Under the pieces are notes generated by a model, which saw nothing but the letters and a program-made list of their open reading frames with translations, did not search any database and was not told the origin of the DNA. From a virus: a stretch of DNA of 64,000 bases. The position numbers and the translations under genes are program-made. The first letter of the stretch is position 1. Each line of letters starts with the position of its first letter. Positions 1 to 9,368 of this stretch are shown piece by piece. The stretch lies in the IMG/VR virus record IMGVR_UViG_3300020204_004581, one strand, 5' to 3'.

Positions 1-26
1 TTTTTTTGTTTTTTTTTTTTAGGTCA

Positions 27-58
27 CAAAAATAGGAGATCCGATTGGATCTCCCAAA
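27..58 (-). promoter_or_regulatory. Bacteroidota-type sigmaA promoter whose 20-nt spacer is a perfect hairpin (probably also the terminator of the upstream gene)
   Basis: Minus strand reads TTTG-ggagatccaatcggatctcc-TATTTTTG, i.e. -33 TTTG, N20, -7 TAnnTTTG. The spacer is an 8-bp stem (35-42/47-54) followed by a T-rich tract, just downstream of the stop at 66. Confidence 0.7.
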
Positions 59-65
59 TATTTTT

Positions 66-539
66 TTAGTTCTGAGTGAAGGCTTTGTCTGCCCATGTTT
101 TGGCTCCTACATACTCCCACAACTTCATGTCACACATGTCAGGGAATGATTGTCTCATTGCTCCAACGGTCATCACCTCAAGAAATCCACGGTCGATACT
201 GTACCACTTTGATCCTTTGGTAGTGAATACATTATGCCATTGTTTCACACCACTCTCAAATTCAACTTCAACCTGAAGGTTCACGAGTGAGTTTTTTTTC
301 CAAGAGAGGATTGCACCTGCTGGTGTATCTTCGAAATCATTAATGTTCACGAAACCAGCTTTACACTTAGCAGCGGAACGGAACTTATAAGTCTTATTAA
401 CGTCTTTGATGTGGTTTGAAACACTAACGGTAACTCTTTTACCTTTTACTGTGGTGTCGAAAGATCCGTAAAATACGTCACTTGAAAGTACTGAATCTTG
501 GTTTACTTTAACTGTTGGGATGGTGATTGTAGTTGTCAT
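66..539 (-). CDS. hypothetical protein (probably early)
   Basis: ORF-track ORF 66..563. Start moved to ATG 539 (MTTTITIP) because the TTG at 563 lies inside the -7 promoter box. Confidence 0.75.
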   Translation of the reverse strand: MTTTITIPTVKVNQDSVLSSDVFYGSFDTTVKGKRVTVSVSNHIKDVNKTYKFRSAAKCKAGFVNINDFEDTPAGAILSWKKNSLVNLQVEVEFESGVKQWHNVFTTKGSKWYSIDRGFLEVMTVGAMRQSFPDMCDMKLWEYVGAKTWADKAFTQN

Positions 540-560
540 ATGTGTTGTGTTTTGTGAATA

Positions 561-592
561 CAAATATACACCCCCATATTTTACCGGCCAAA
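561..592 (-). promoter_or_regulatory. Bacteroidota-type sigmaA promoter
   Basis: Minus strand TTTG (592-589), 20 nt, TATATTTG (568-561), 22 nt upstream of ATG 539. Confidence 0.8.
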
Positions 593-598
593 AATATT

Positions 599-1156
599 TT
601 AAATTTTTTCAAGTTTTTTTGCCATCAGGTCTCTGTTTCTATGCCACTCCTGATAGGTAAAAATTTGATCAGAGTAAACAAGCTCACAATTAGTTGATAC
701 CCAATCTTCTGAAAATCCTATGTGTTTAGAACTATCTGACATCCTTGAGATCTTTTCCTGAGCTTCCGCAAGAACTGTTGGAGTATCCCCCTTCCAAATT
801 TTAGTACAATTAAGACCATCATTTTCATCAAACAATGCAAAGTAAAAAGCACTATTTCGTTCAATTCTATGAAGATTATCCTTATGAATCCTATCAAGTT
901 GGAAGCTTCCTCCTTCTTTACAAGATAGGTATTCATAATGTTCTGTTCCGTCTGAGGATGTTGCGTCAGGACCGTGTTTGGTCTTGTGACAATGGTGACC
1001 TAAAATCTTGGATACAACCCATTCCTTAATAAATCCAGGTGTAAGAAGATCTTGTTCAAATCCCTCTTTATTCTTAAGAAGATTCAGGGTTTCAATTAGA
1101 AGTTGTAAAGGATTATTTTCTTGTTCAATCAATTCTAAGAGTTGTTCTTTTGTCAT
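599..1156 (-). CDS. PvuII-like PD-(D/E)xK restriction-endonuclease-fold protein
   Basis: GPDATSSDGTEHYEYLS resembles PvuII GNDAVDNAGQEYELKS. FYFALF and the C-terminal IGFSEDWVSTNCELVY parallel PvuII WIFAIY and KIPVKYVMEHGTKIY. Size is similar. Confidence 0.55.
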   Translation of the reverse strand: MTKEQLLELIEQENNPLQLLIETLNLLKNKEGFEQDLLTPGFIKEWVVSKILGHHCHKTKHGPDATSSDGTEHYEYLSCKEGGSFQLDRIHKDNLHRIERNSAFYFALFDENDGLNCTKIWKGDTPTVLAEAQEKISRMSDSSKHIGFSEDWVSTNCELVYSDQIFTYQEWHRNRDLMAKKLEKI

Positions 1157-3531
1157 TGTAAAACTTTTGATATGTTATCCACCTTTTTAATCTTTACTGT
1201 ATTGTTAGCCCAGTTGTTAATCAGTGGATTATGTGAAATTACAAAGATTTTGTCAAAATATTCGCGAATCTTTGCAAAAAATTCTCCTACCATTTCAAGG
1301 TTCTCGTTACTGATCTTACCGAATGTTTCATCCCAAACAGATATATTTGGTTTTGGTAATGAACAAACTTTACTTAACACAGCCCTTAATGCCATGGCTG
1401 CGATTGTTCTTTCATAACCAGATCCCGAGGACATGAGTTTGTCTATACCAGTTGAGTTATCTATCATCATAAACTCAACTTCGTTCTTATCGTTGATTCT
1501 AATTTCCAAGTTGAAGTAACATGAATCCTGAAGTAATCTTTGTAATTCCTGATTTATAAGAGGCATCATGGTTTTCATTATAATCTTGGATATTCCATTC
1601 TTACCAAATACATCCAAGTAGATCTTATAAATCTTTTCTTTCTCAAACTCCTCCGCAATCTGAACTATCAAATCTTGATTTTTTTCGATTTTTTGACCTA
1701 ATTGCTCTACCTTTATTTGATTTTGAGATTGGATTCTTTCGTAATTCCTTTTTTCAGTAATTAGGTCGTCAATCCTCATATTAGCCTTGAGCAACTGAGA
1801 ATCAATTTCGTTGTTCTTTTTTATCTTTTCTTGAACTAATTCGTAGTTTCTAAGTTTTGTTTCAAGTTGTTCAAGTTTGAGAGTCTGTGATTCTAAAGCA
1901 AGTTCCTCTTTTTGTTTAATCAGTTTGTTTCTTTCATACTCATCGAAGTCCCTCTTGAGTTTTGTGAATGATTGTTCATTTTTCTCATGATTTTCAATTT
2001 CGTTTTCAAACTTCACGACCAACTTTTTCCACTTCTCTAATTCTGATATTTTTTTCTTTGTGAGTTCTGCCTCAATCAATTTGATTCCACAGTGTTCGCA
2101 TTGAATACCATCTCCAAATTTTTCGATAAGATCTTCAATTTGTTCAACTTTGTTTTCACAAATAACTTTTTCTGCATAACTTGATTTGATAACCTCTCTT
2201 ACAGCATCGTGCCGATCTTCATGATAGTACTCCTTTGGTTCAACAACTTTAATACTCTTTATAGTCTCTTTGATGTTGGAGATTTTCAGTGTATTTGTAT
2301 TAATTTCCAATCTGATAGAATCAGGGTTCAATCTAATCAGTTCTTGATCTATATCCGTGTATTTGGACTTAAGCAAATTATCTTTATATTCTTGACCTTT
2401 CTGCAGTCTCTGGTCCACATCCTCTATTGATTTCGAAGCTTCTTCTGTCTTTATCTTAAGATCATTTATTTCAACTTTTGAATCAATTATCTCTTGTTTG
2501 AGTGACTCAGTATTGTAAACGTTGGATATCATCCCTTTCGAGAAGTTGGAATGCATTTCTTTTCCAACCTCCTCTTTTCTTTTTAGGAACTCTAAACCCA
2601 AGAATCTACTCAAAACTCCACCTCTGGCAGTTGGCTTTGATTCAATGAGATCCTCTAAATTTGAAGCCGTGGTAACTATTGTCATTAAGAAATCATCCAT
2701 ATCTCCTATAGATGTCTTGATGAAGTTCTCAGTCTCTCGTCTCTGTTCTCCTGTAAAGTTTTGTAATTGTCCGTCAGCTAATTTTTTGAAGAAATCTAAT
2801 TCAGTTTTAACATTCCATTCGCCCGCCTTTGACTTTTTTCTTTCAATAGTTCTGACAATAATATATTCATCACCATCGATGAGAATTTCACCTTTGACTA
2901 TAACTTTATTCTTATCTGTAAATCTATTGAATATCTCCTCAGCTTTTGTTGTTTTTGTCGTTGTGTTAAAGAATAAAAATAACAACAAATCAACAGTAAG
3001 AACCGTCTTTCCCCCAAAGTTTGGTGGATCTGATTCTACGACTGTAACCCCATTACATTTCTCGAAATCTAATACCTGATTTTCACCGAATGAAAGAAAA
3101 TTACTAAATTCAATCTTTTTAATATACCATCTTTTGAATGGAGAAACTTCTGTATCGGTAGCGATAAGATAGTTATCAACCGCATTGTCGATTTCGATAA
3201 CTTTGTCGTATTGGTTTTCGTTTCCCTTGTTTTCAAGATATCCCTTGATTAACTCTCTTTGATAATTTTTATCCATGAGATTGACGGATACATCAATTGT
3301 TTGCTGATCCCCATCATTAGCTTTAACCTTGGTTATCACATTAACATTCGTTGAGTTGTATTTCTTATAGAAATAATATTTGACGGACTTTATTCGTTCT
3401 TGGGTGAAATTCTCGGGCGTGTCTTCCCATATCACCTGAATATAAGGGTTCTCTAATTGAGATACGTCTATCTTATGTTTCATGTGTGTATAATTAAAAT
3501 CAGGTTTTGGATTGAATAAATCCCATTCCAT
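1153..3531 (-). CDS. Rad50/SbcC/gp46-like recombination ATPase with a ~130-aa N-terminal extension
   Basis: IKKIEFSNFLSFG start motif, Walker A variant PNFGGKT, coiled coils, zinc hook CEHCG, signature SGSGYE, Walker B VWDE, H-loop ISHN. Confidence 0.92.
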   Translation of the reverse strand: MEWDLFNPKPDFNYTHMKHKIDVSQLENPYIQVIWEDTPENFTQERIKSVKYYFYKKYNSTNVNVITKVKANDGDQQTIDVSVNLMDKNYQRELIKGYLENKGNENQYDKVIEIDNAVDNYLIATDTEVSPFKRWYIKKIEFSNFLSFGENQVLDFEKCNGVTVVESDPPNFGGKTVLTVDLLLFLFFNTTTKTTKAEEIFNRFTDKNKVIVKGEILIDGDEYIIVRTIERKKSKAGEWNVKTELDFFKKLADGQLQNFTGEQRRETENFIKTSIGDMDDFLMTIVTTASNLEDLIESKPTARGGVLSRFLGLEFLKRKEEVGKEMHSNFSKGMISNVYNTESLKQEIIDSKVEINDLKIKTEEASKSIEDVDQRLQKGQEYKDNLLKSKYTDIDQELIRLNPDSIRLEINTNTLKISNIKETIKSIKVVEPKEYYHEDRHDAVREVIKSSYAEKVICENKVEQIEDLIEKFGDGIQCEHCGIKLIEAELTKKKISELEKWKKLVVKFENEIENHEKNEQSFTKLKRDFDEYERNKLIKQKEELALESQTLKLEQLETKLRNYELVQEKIKKNNEIDSQLLKANMRIDDLITEKRNYERIQSQNQIKVEQLGQKIEKNQDLIVQIAEEFEKEKIYKIYLDVFGKNGISKIIMKTMMPLINQELQRLLQDSCYFNLEIRINDKNEVEFMMIDNSTGIDKLMSSGSGYERTIAAMALRAVLSKVCSLPKPNISVWDETFGKISNENLEMVGEFFAKIREYFDKIFVISHNPLINNWANNTVKIKKVDNISKVLQ

Positions 3532-3532
3532 T

Positions 3533-3721
3533 TCATGCGTTTTCTGTGTTACCGCTAGCCTTTTCTTCCTCGGCTTTTATTTTCATCTGTTCAATTTGTA
3601 ATTTCATAGACTCTTCAAAAAGTTTTTGGGCTATATTTTTCTGAGCTTGAATTTTTTGATTCCTAACCTTAACTCTTTTGTTGTGTGCCTTAGCTCCACC
3701 TCTAACTTTAGATTTTCCCAT
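3533..3721 (-). CDS. small basic hypothetical protein
   Basis: 62 aa, K/R-rich N-terminus, 1-nt gaps to both neighbours. Confidence 0.75.
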   Translation of the reverse strand: MGKSKVRGGAKAHNKRVKVRNQKIQAQKNIAQKLFEESMKLQIEQMKIKAEEEKASGNTENA

Positions 3722-3722
3722 T

Positions 3723-3923
3723 TTATATTTTTTTTAATTCGAATTTTGTTTCTTCTTTTATTATTTTCTTATCAGGATCAAAAAGATACCCTGTGAGATA
3801 TGCTAACAATTTTTTTTTACCTTCATATTGAATCTTCTCTATCAATTGATCAGAGGAATGATCAGGGGGCATGATTAGGTCATCGATCTCAATGGTTATT
3901 GTATAGTTTGCTTTGTAATTCAT
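3723..3923 (-). CDS. hypothetical protein
   Basis: ATG 3923 (MNYKANY) lies just after the upstream stop at 3925; the ORF-track start at 3959 overlaps the upstream gene. Confidence 0.65.
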   Translation of the reverse strand: MNYKANYTITIEIDDLIMPPDHSSDQLIEKIQYEGKKKLLAYLTGYLFDPDKKIIKEETKFELKKI

Positions 3924-3924
3924 A

Positions 3925-4269
3925 TTATTGAGGTCTATTTTCTTCAAACCATTCGACAATTGAGTTTATTGCCCATACTGAACCTGAGGATAAAAAAGCG
4001 TCAAAAAACCAAGAAAAATAAAAAGGTACCCCTAAAATTTCGTGTACAGGTGAATATACTAAAAGAGATAAAAACCATCCGGTGTGGAAACCAAAACACA
4101 TCATGCAACTTGTCATCTCTTTGAGGAAGACCCAAAAATTCAAAAGAGAGGAGTCTTCATCCGTGGATAACTCGTTCAATTTATTTCTTGGGCCATTGAA
4201 AATTGTTCCATATACAACGATGTTACATAATCCATATGCTAACATCATCCATAAAAATAACTGTGTCAT
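3925..4269 (-). CDS. DUF1360-like membrane protein
   Basis: Hydrophobic helices around a CxxC-x-G motif (TSCMMCFGFHTGW). Confidence 0.65.
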   Translation of the reverse strand: MTQLFLWMMLAYGLCNIVVYGTIFNGPRNKLNELSTDEDSSLLNFWVFLKEMTSCMMCFGFHTGWFLSLLVYSPVHEILGVPFYFSWFFDAFLSSGSVWAINSIVEWFEENRPQ

Positions 4270-4306
4270 ATTTTTTCTATTTTACAATATTATTCGTTGT
4301 GTTTAT

Positions 4307-5056
4307 TTATTTATAAAGTGTGTCGTTTAAATTGGACCCCCGCAAATACACAGCACCTCTCTGTAATTCAGCTTGAATCCCTGATAGTTTTTCTTGTTCG
4401 AGTGCTGTTATTTTTTTATCCCTCTCGATAATATCATTCTTCAGTTTTTGAATAGTATCTTGTAACATCTGAGTCTTAGAATTATCAACCACGGGTTTTT
4501 CGATCTCTTTTTCTATAATTACTTCTACAGGGACCTCTCTTATAACTTCCACAGTTTTTTTAGGTTCATTTTCCAACTGTTGTATTTTTGACAACAATGT
4601 ATTTTTTTCCTCTTGAAAATAATTTTCCATTTCTTGAATCTTATTTGAAAAATTTTTCATCAACTCTCTGATTTTCTCATCTTTTTGGAAAATTTTATCA
4701 TTCATCTCTTGTTGATCTGTTACATAAACAATTTTCTCTACTGGTATTTCTTTGATAACCTCTTTAATTACTACCTTTTCAACTGGTACCTCTTTGATTA
4801 TTTGTTTATCAACTTCTTTGATGATTTCAACCTCTTTAATTATTTCAACAGGTATCTCCACCAGTTTTTCAACAATTACCTCTTTTACCACCTGTTTTTC
4901 TCCATTTCCCCCATCATTTAACAAACCATACTTTTCAATATGGAAACCAGTTGTAAAGGAATCCTTGACTACTGAACTTATAAGAAGGTCATTAAGATTA
5001 CAGTACGCAACCAATTCTTTATGTTCATCCTTTGTAAGATTCAGTTTAATCTCCAT
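4307..5056 (-). CDS. coiled-coil protein with V/I-K-E-P low-complexity repeats
   Basis: Repeated (V/I)IKEV / PVEK motifs plus heptad-like segments. Confidence 0.8.
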   Translation of the reverse strand: MEIKLNLTKDEHKELVAYCNLNDLLISSVVKDSFTTGFHIEKYGLLNDGGNGEKQVVKEVIVEKLVEIPVEIIKEVEIIKEVDKQIIKEVPVEKVVIKEVIKEIPVEKIVYVTDQQEMNDKIFQKDEKIRELMKNFSNKIQEMENYFQEEKNTLLSKIQQLENEPKKTVEVIREVPVEVIIEKEIEKPVVDNSKTQMLQDTIQKLKNDIIERDKKITALEQEKLSGIQAELQRGAVYLRGSNLNDTLYK

Positions 5057-5057
5057 A

Positions 5058-5837
5058 TTAGTAGTTTACTAATTTTTCGTTTCCTTCTACCAAACAATCG
5101 ATCGAGTTTATGTAGAATGATAGAAATGGTTTAGTGTTAGGAAGATCTACAAAAGTATATTCATCTTTACTTACATCATACACACCATATCCATGTTTTC
5201 TTACGGTCTCACCGAAGTTCTGCTGTATTGTTGATCCTATCATGTAAGCTTTCTTACCGTTTGGAATATCAAATATTTGTCTCTTATGAATATCGCCACA
5301 AAGTACTAAATCACAACCTTTAAATTTATTCCTGTCAAATCCGTCTTCGAACTTGTAACCAATGTCAGTATAAAGTCCTTGAACAGGCCCGTGAAACAAA
5401 CCAATATTTTTTTTACCTGACTTATTAACTTCAGGTGGGATGTTGTGATCCATCAAGGAATATACACACCAGTTTACATTCTCATCTTCATAAACACCTC
5501 TGTTTTTGTAATAAACTATATTTTCATTCTGAAGGGAGTCTATAATTGGCGTTAAAGCATCCAAGCGGGTCACGTTGTTTTCGAGAAAGTCGTGGTTACC
5601 GATGATTACAATTGTCTTTGTAATCTTTGAGCACTCGGTTAATGTCCACGCAACAAATTCAATCAATTCTGGTGTCATTTGATTTTTTGAGTGAACGAGA
5701 TCACCAGTAAATACTATTCTATCAGGAGCAATTGATTTCCACTCCTTGAATGCTTCTTTCAAGACTTGTCTATATTGTTCATGATCTTTGAATAGACGAA
5801 TGTGGAGGTCAGAAAAATGGACGATTCTTTGGATCAT
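5058..5837 (-). CDS. Mre11/SbcD/gp47-like metallophosphoesterase nuclease (catalytic domain only)
   Basis: All five motifs present (SDLH, GDL, GNHD, FHG, GDIH), plus GSxxQQNFGE. Lies near the Rad50 gene. Confidence 0.9.
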   Translation of the reverse strand: MIQRIVHFSDLHIRLFKDHEQYRQVLKEAFKEWKSIAPDRIVFTGDLVHSKNQMTPELIEFVAWTLTECSKITKTIVIIGNHDFLENNVTRLDALTPIIDSLQNENIVYYKNRGVYEDENVNWCVYSLMDHNIPPEVNKSGKKNIGLFHGPVQGLYTDIGYKFEDGFDRNKFKGCDLVLCGDIHKRQIFDIPNGKKAYMIGSTIQQNFGETVRKHGYGVYDVSKDEYTFVDLPNTKPFLSFYINSIDCLVEGNEKLVNY

Positions 5838-6070
5838 AATTGTATTTCATCTTTAGGCGCCTCTGACTCGAATGGATTATATCCTTCATTTACGTGATCA
5901 CATTTCATACACATGTATACAGGAAAGGGTACTGGTTGGTCTTGAGCTACACCTTGTAATTTTGATACCCATTTTAGATATAACGCTTCTTTGAAGTAAA
6001 TGCTTCCGCATTTCTCACACTTGACAGTTGTGCATTCACGAATGTTAATGCGTGATTGTGGTAAATCCAT
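5834..6070 (-). CDS. small zinc-ribbon protein
   Basis: CEKC ... CMKC pairs; ATGA overlap with the downstream gene. Confidence 0.8.
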   Translation of the reverse strand: MDLPQSRINIRECTTVKCEKCGSIYFKEALYLKWVSKLQGVAQDQPVPFPVYMCMKCDHVNEGYNPFESEAPKDEIQL

Positions 6071-6120
6071 AAAAAAATTTAATTACTATAATAATAAGAA
6101 AAAAAATTTAAAACTCAAAA

Positions 6121-6387
6121 TCAATAAGTGTTCACGAAAATAGGTGTTTGGTCTCCAACATAAGCCTTAAAACAATTGTATTCCAAAAATTCCCAAACAT
6201 CATCTTCATTCATTTCTGTTTCGGTTTCAAGGATCGTCTGAACCATCTTTTCTTTCGAGTAAACCAATTGACCGTTGTCTGTGATCCCTAAAATTGCCGA
6301 ATCATATCCATCAGGATTTCCATCAAAACCATTTGGTTTCAAAGCTAGTACTTCTTCAGCTACTTGTAAAACTAATTTTAAATCCAT
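6121..6387 (-). CDS. conserved phage hypothetical protein
   Basis: Likely start ATG 6387 (MDLKLVLQ), just after the upstream stop. The DGYDSAILGI...VYS...EFLEYN...AYVGDQTP pattern is recalled from aquatic phage hypotheticals. Confidence 0.75.
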   Translation of the reverse strand: MDLKLVLQVAEEVLALKPNGFDGNPDGYDSAILGITDNGQLVYSKEKMVQTILETETEMNEDDVWEFLEYNCFKAYVGDQTPIFVNTY

Positions 6388-6388
6388 G

Positions 6389-7015
6389 TTATTTTGTTTT
6401 TGGTATTCTACAGAATGATACGATAATATACCTCTGGCCTGAAAGTACAGGAAGTCCACCATGTCTATGGGTGGTTTGACCTGGGTGTATTGACACCTCA
6501 CCTTTTTTTCCTTGAAGTCTTGTTTTTTGTCTAGCAAAATATGTTCCTCCTCCCGTGAAATCCTCATTAAGAGTAACCACAGTTGTTATTTGTGACCAAT
6601 CGTGGTGTAAAGAAAGGTGATATTGAGCATATGGGTGATATCTTGCCAAAAAGTTCTCTGATTCCAAATTTCTCCAATAGTTTTCCTCAAGTTGGAATTT
6701 CTCGATTGCAATGTCCCAAAGGTATTCTTTAAGTATACCCTGATAAGTTTCTTGAAGTCCCAGTTCGTTCAATAACATATCTGTGGTTGGATAGTGTTCG
6801 TGTCTGTTGAATGTCCATAAATTAGATGCTTCGGCTTCTTCAATTATTTTATCACAAAACTCATCGGTGAATGCTCGAACTGTGTAAATATTAGGGATTT
6901 CTTCTCTTACATATTGGTTCCATCTTTTACTTCTGAGCTCAGGGGTTAGGAATCTTAGTTTCCATTCGTTAGGATCCTCAAAGTATTGGAATAATTCAGG
7001 ATAAAGTTTGGCCAT
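6389..7015 (-). CDS. 2OG-Fe(II) dioxygenase, procollagen-lysine hydroxylase (PLOD/LH) catalytic-domain-like
   Basis: FLARY..LSLHHD, GGGTYF, HPGQTTHRHGGLP..GQRYIIVSF match PLOD FVVRY..LRPHHD, HPGRLTHYHEGLP..GTRYIMVSF. N-terminal YPELFQYFEDPNEWK and YPTTD also match. Confidence 0.88.
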   Translation of the reverse strand: MAKLYPELFQYFEDPNEWKLRFLTPELRSKRWNQYVREEIPNIYTVRAFTDEFCDKIIEEAEASNLWTFNRHEHYPTTDMLLNELGLQETYQGILKEYLWDIAIEKFQLEENYWRNLESENFLARYHPYAQYHLSLHHDWSQITTVVTLNEDFTGGGTYFARQKTRLQGKKGEVSIHPGQTTHRHGGLPVLSGQRYIIVSFCRIPKTK

Positions 7016-7613
7016 GGTCTGATATAAAAAGATTAAGAGAGTTGTTTATACCTGATTTCACAAAGTTCTTACCGTATCTGTGAGTTATTCTGCCAGGAAA
7101 GAAATATAGATGTCCTTGTTTTGGTTCAATTTCGAAATTGTATTTCGGAAAGTAGAGTTGTCCTCCTGTTGAGTCTGAATCCAACTTAACATAACAAGTG
7201 ATCATAGACCCGTCGTGTCTTACCCTGAGGTCTTGATTTTTTCTGAGTTTATTAATTTTTTGATAGAGTTGTACTTTTTGGAAAGTTGATAATTCCATAG
7301 ACCAATGATGATAGAATAGAAATACCAATTTGTTAAGGTATAAATTTTTAATTACTTCCTGTATTGATTCAGGCACATCCATCTCCTCACACTCGTGTCC
7401 CCAAAAGTTAACACTTTTTCCTTTTTGTGAGTTAATGTTTTCTACCAACTTATCACATAATTCTGTAGTAAAAAAAGGGATTTCAAATATATCTGTCGAA
7501 ATTTCTTTTGAAATTAGGTCCCACTCGCTTGTCACAAGTTCTTTTCTAACGTAGGTTTTTATCCATGCGTCGATGTCAGATATATCAAATATTTCAGGGT
7601 ATTTTAAAATCAT
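6996..7613 (-). CDS. PLOD-like 2OG-Fe(II) dioxygenase paralog with a degenerate active site
   Basis: Colinear with the neighbour (YPEIF, FTTELCDKL, GGQLYF, FPGRITHRYG), but HHD is RHD, the distal His is Tyr and the 2OG-binding Arg is absent. Confidence 0.8.
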   Translation of the reverse strand: MILKYPEIFDISDIDAWIKTYVRKELVTSEWDLISKEISTDIFEIPFFTTELCDKLVENINSQKGKSVNFWGHECEEMDVPESIQEVIKNLYLNKLVFLFYHHWSMELSTFQKVQLYQKINKLRKNQDLRVRHDGSMITCYVKLDSDSTGGQLYFPKYNFEIEPKQGHLYFFPGRITHRYGKNFVKSGINNSLNLFISDHGQTLS

Positions 7614-8467
7614 TTTTTTAGATAGTCTTCCATATTCATTTCCATGATGATGTTCACAACATCCTGTGGAACTTTATATTCAACGTAATCTCCCGTCTCT
7701 TTTAATAATACGACAACACAACCCAAAAGTTTAGTATCCTCGTATTTAGATCCCCTTAACATTTCTATAAGAAGTTTTGCGTAAAATGGTAGTTGTAAAA
7801 AGTAATGTCCAAGTGCATTATTTGGGTACTTTTGAAACGGTTTATACATTGGTTCTGTAAAATCATTTGTTTCAAAGTTCTTTGGTTTGTTTGTTTTCCA
7901 ATCCGTTATGACTAATCCAAATCCTGTTTTCTGTTTGTTTTCCATCACCCAAACATTATCGGGTTGACCTGTGTAACCGAGTACATTTGAACCCAATATC
8001 ATTTCCGTATCAATCAATGTAGCCCCCCTTCTCTTCATGATCTTAAGAAAAGAAGAACCAGCCGATATCATAGCATCTCCTTTAATCATCTGTTCAATGT
8101 CGCAAGTAAATTCGGGTTTTCTGAGTTCTTTCACGTGTTCAAATTTTTCAATAGTTTTCTTCTCTAAAAGGTAATGAACTCTTGATCCCATGTTTGTTGA
8201 GTATTTTCCTGCGGCCGCCCATTCTTTGATTAGTTGTTGTTGTATCTCAGGATCACCTCCGGCTTTATTGTATGCAGCTTCCACAGTAGGGAAATCTTTA
8301 TAGAATTTTTTTAGAACTTTGGAAACCGATGGATAATCGTATCTCAACTCTCCCTTGAGATTCTTCATGGAGTAAATGTGTTTATCCTCGAAAAACTGAA
8401 GACCTAAATCGTTTTGTCTTTCAATAACGATATTTCTAATATCTTTTGCTACATCATTTAATTTCAT
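7610..8467 (-). CDS. PD-(D/E)xK (RecB/Cas4-like) exonuclease
   Basis: PSVS, GSRVH, GQPD, DWKT and YFLQLPFY motifs. Confidence 0.85.
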   Translation of the reverse strand: MKLNDVAKDIRNIVIERQNDLGLQFFEDKHIYSMKNLKGELRYDYPSVSKVLKKFYKDFPTVEAAYNKAGGDPEIQQQLIKEWAAAGKYSTNMGSRVHYLLEKKTIEKFEHVKELRKPEFTCDIEQMIKGDAMISAGSSFLKIMKRRGATLIDTEMILGSNVLGYTGQPDNVWVMENKQKTGFGLVITDWKTNKPKNFETNDFTEPMYKPFQKYPNNALGHYFLQLPFYAKLLIEMLRGSKYEDTKLLGCVVVLLKETGDYVEYKVPQDVVNIIMEMNMEDYLKK

Positions 8468-9368
8468 AAAAGTATTCTCCTATTTGTCCCTTCAGATCAC
8501 ACACATCCTTATCTAAGGGCAGTTTGACAATTTTTATTTTATTGTAAAGTGTTCCTCCGTTTAACTCATGATACACTTTAAGCCCCGCTTCCCATGCATC
8601 CCCATCTGTACAGATAATAATATTTGCTTTGGCTTTGGTATAAATGGTTTCAAAAAGTAATCGACTCATGACCTTACCAAGCATAGGAATTGAATTGTTC
8701 AGGAAAAAGGAATCAAACGCTCCCTCAACCAAATATACATCCTCATCCCAATCAATCAAACTCTCGTTGAATATAATATCATCTTTTGGTACAGGTGGGT
8801 TTTTATATTTCATCTTCTTGTTTGTCCACGCTCTTGCTATGAAATAATTAAGAGTCCCTTCTAAATTAAAAGAGGGTACAATAATACGGTAAGCATAATC
8901 ACCAGTAACAGTATAACCAATTCTATACTTCTTAATGATTTCATCGGTGATACCACGACTTCTTAAGTAATTAATTGCTTCTTTGTGAGGGATGAAGCTA
9001 GGGTTTGAATCTTCCAATTTCAGGTAACCCTCAGGATATCTTAGTTTGATTCTTTTCAAATCCTGTACCTTGAGTTCTTCAGGCTTGACGAGTTCGTAAA
9101 GTTTTTTTTGTTTTTTGGTACCGTGTAGGTCAAACAACTTTCCGAGTGGACCATGTGTGCCATGAGTTTCACCGCAAGCCCAACATTTGTATACGTGTCT
9201 TGTATAGTTGATTTCAAGGTTTCCTTTACCGTCTCCACTGTCAAGTCCTTTCTCCTCGGCACATACAGGACAGTCGAACGAAATTTGTCCCTTAGACTCA
9301 TAGTGTTGTTTGGGCTCTCCTAAGACTTCAGTCAAAAGTTCTACCAAAACATCTGTTTCTTCTCTCAT
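8454..9368 (-). CDS. DNA primase (zinc finger + TOPRIM)
   Basis: CPVC...CWAC zinc finger, YLRSRGI, KYKNP, LVEGAFD, DGD. Confidence 0.92.
   Translation of the reverse strand: MREETDVLVELLTEVLGEPKQHYESKGQISFDCPVCAEEKGLDSGDGKGNLEINYTRHVYKCWACGETHGTHGPLGKLFDLHGTKKQKKLYELVKPEELKVQDLKRIKLRYPEGYLKLEDSNPSFIPHKEAINYLRSRGITDEIIKKYRIGYTVTGDYAYRIIVPSFNLEGTLNYFIARAWTNKKMKYKNPPVPKDDIIFNESLIDWDEDVYLVEGAFDSFFLNNSIPMLGKVMSRLLFETIYTKAKANIIICTDGDAWEAGLKVYHELNGGTLYNKIKIVKLPLDKDVCDLKGQIGEYFYEIK

Noticed and set aside
7610-8467. Cas4 / CRISPR-associated system
   Set aside because: No four-Cys Fe-S motif, no cas genes and no array; an ordinary phage PD-(D/E)xK nuclease.
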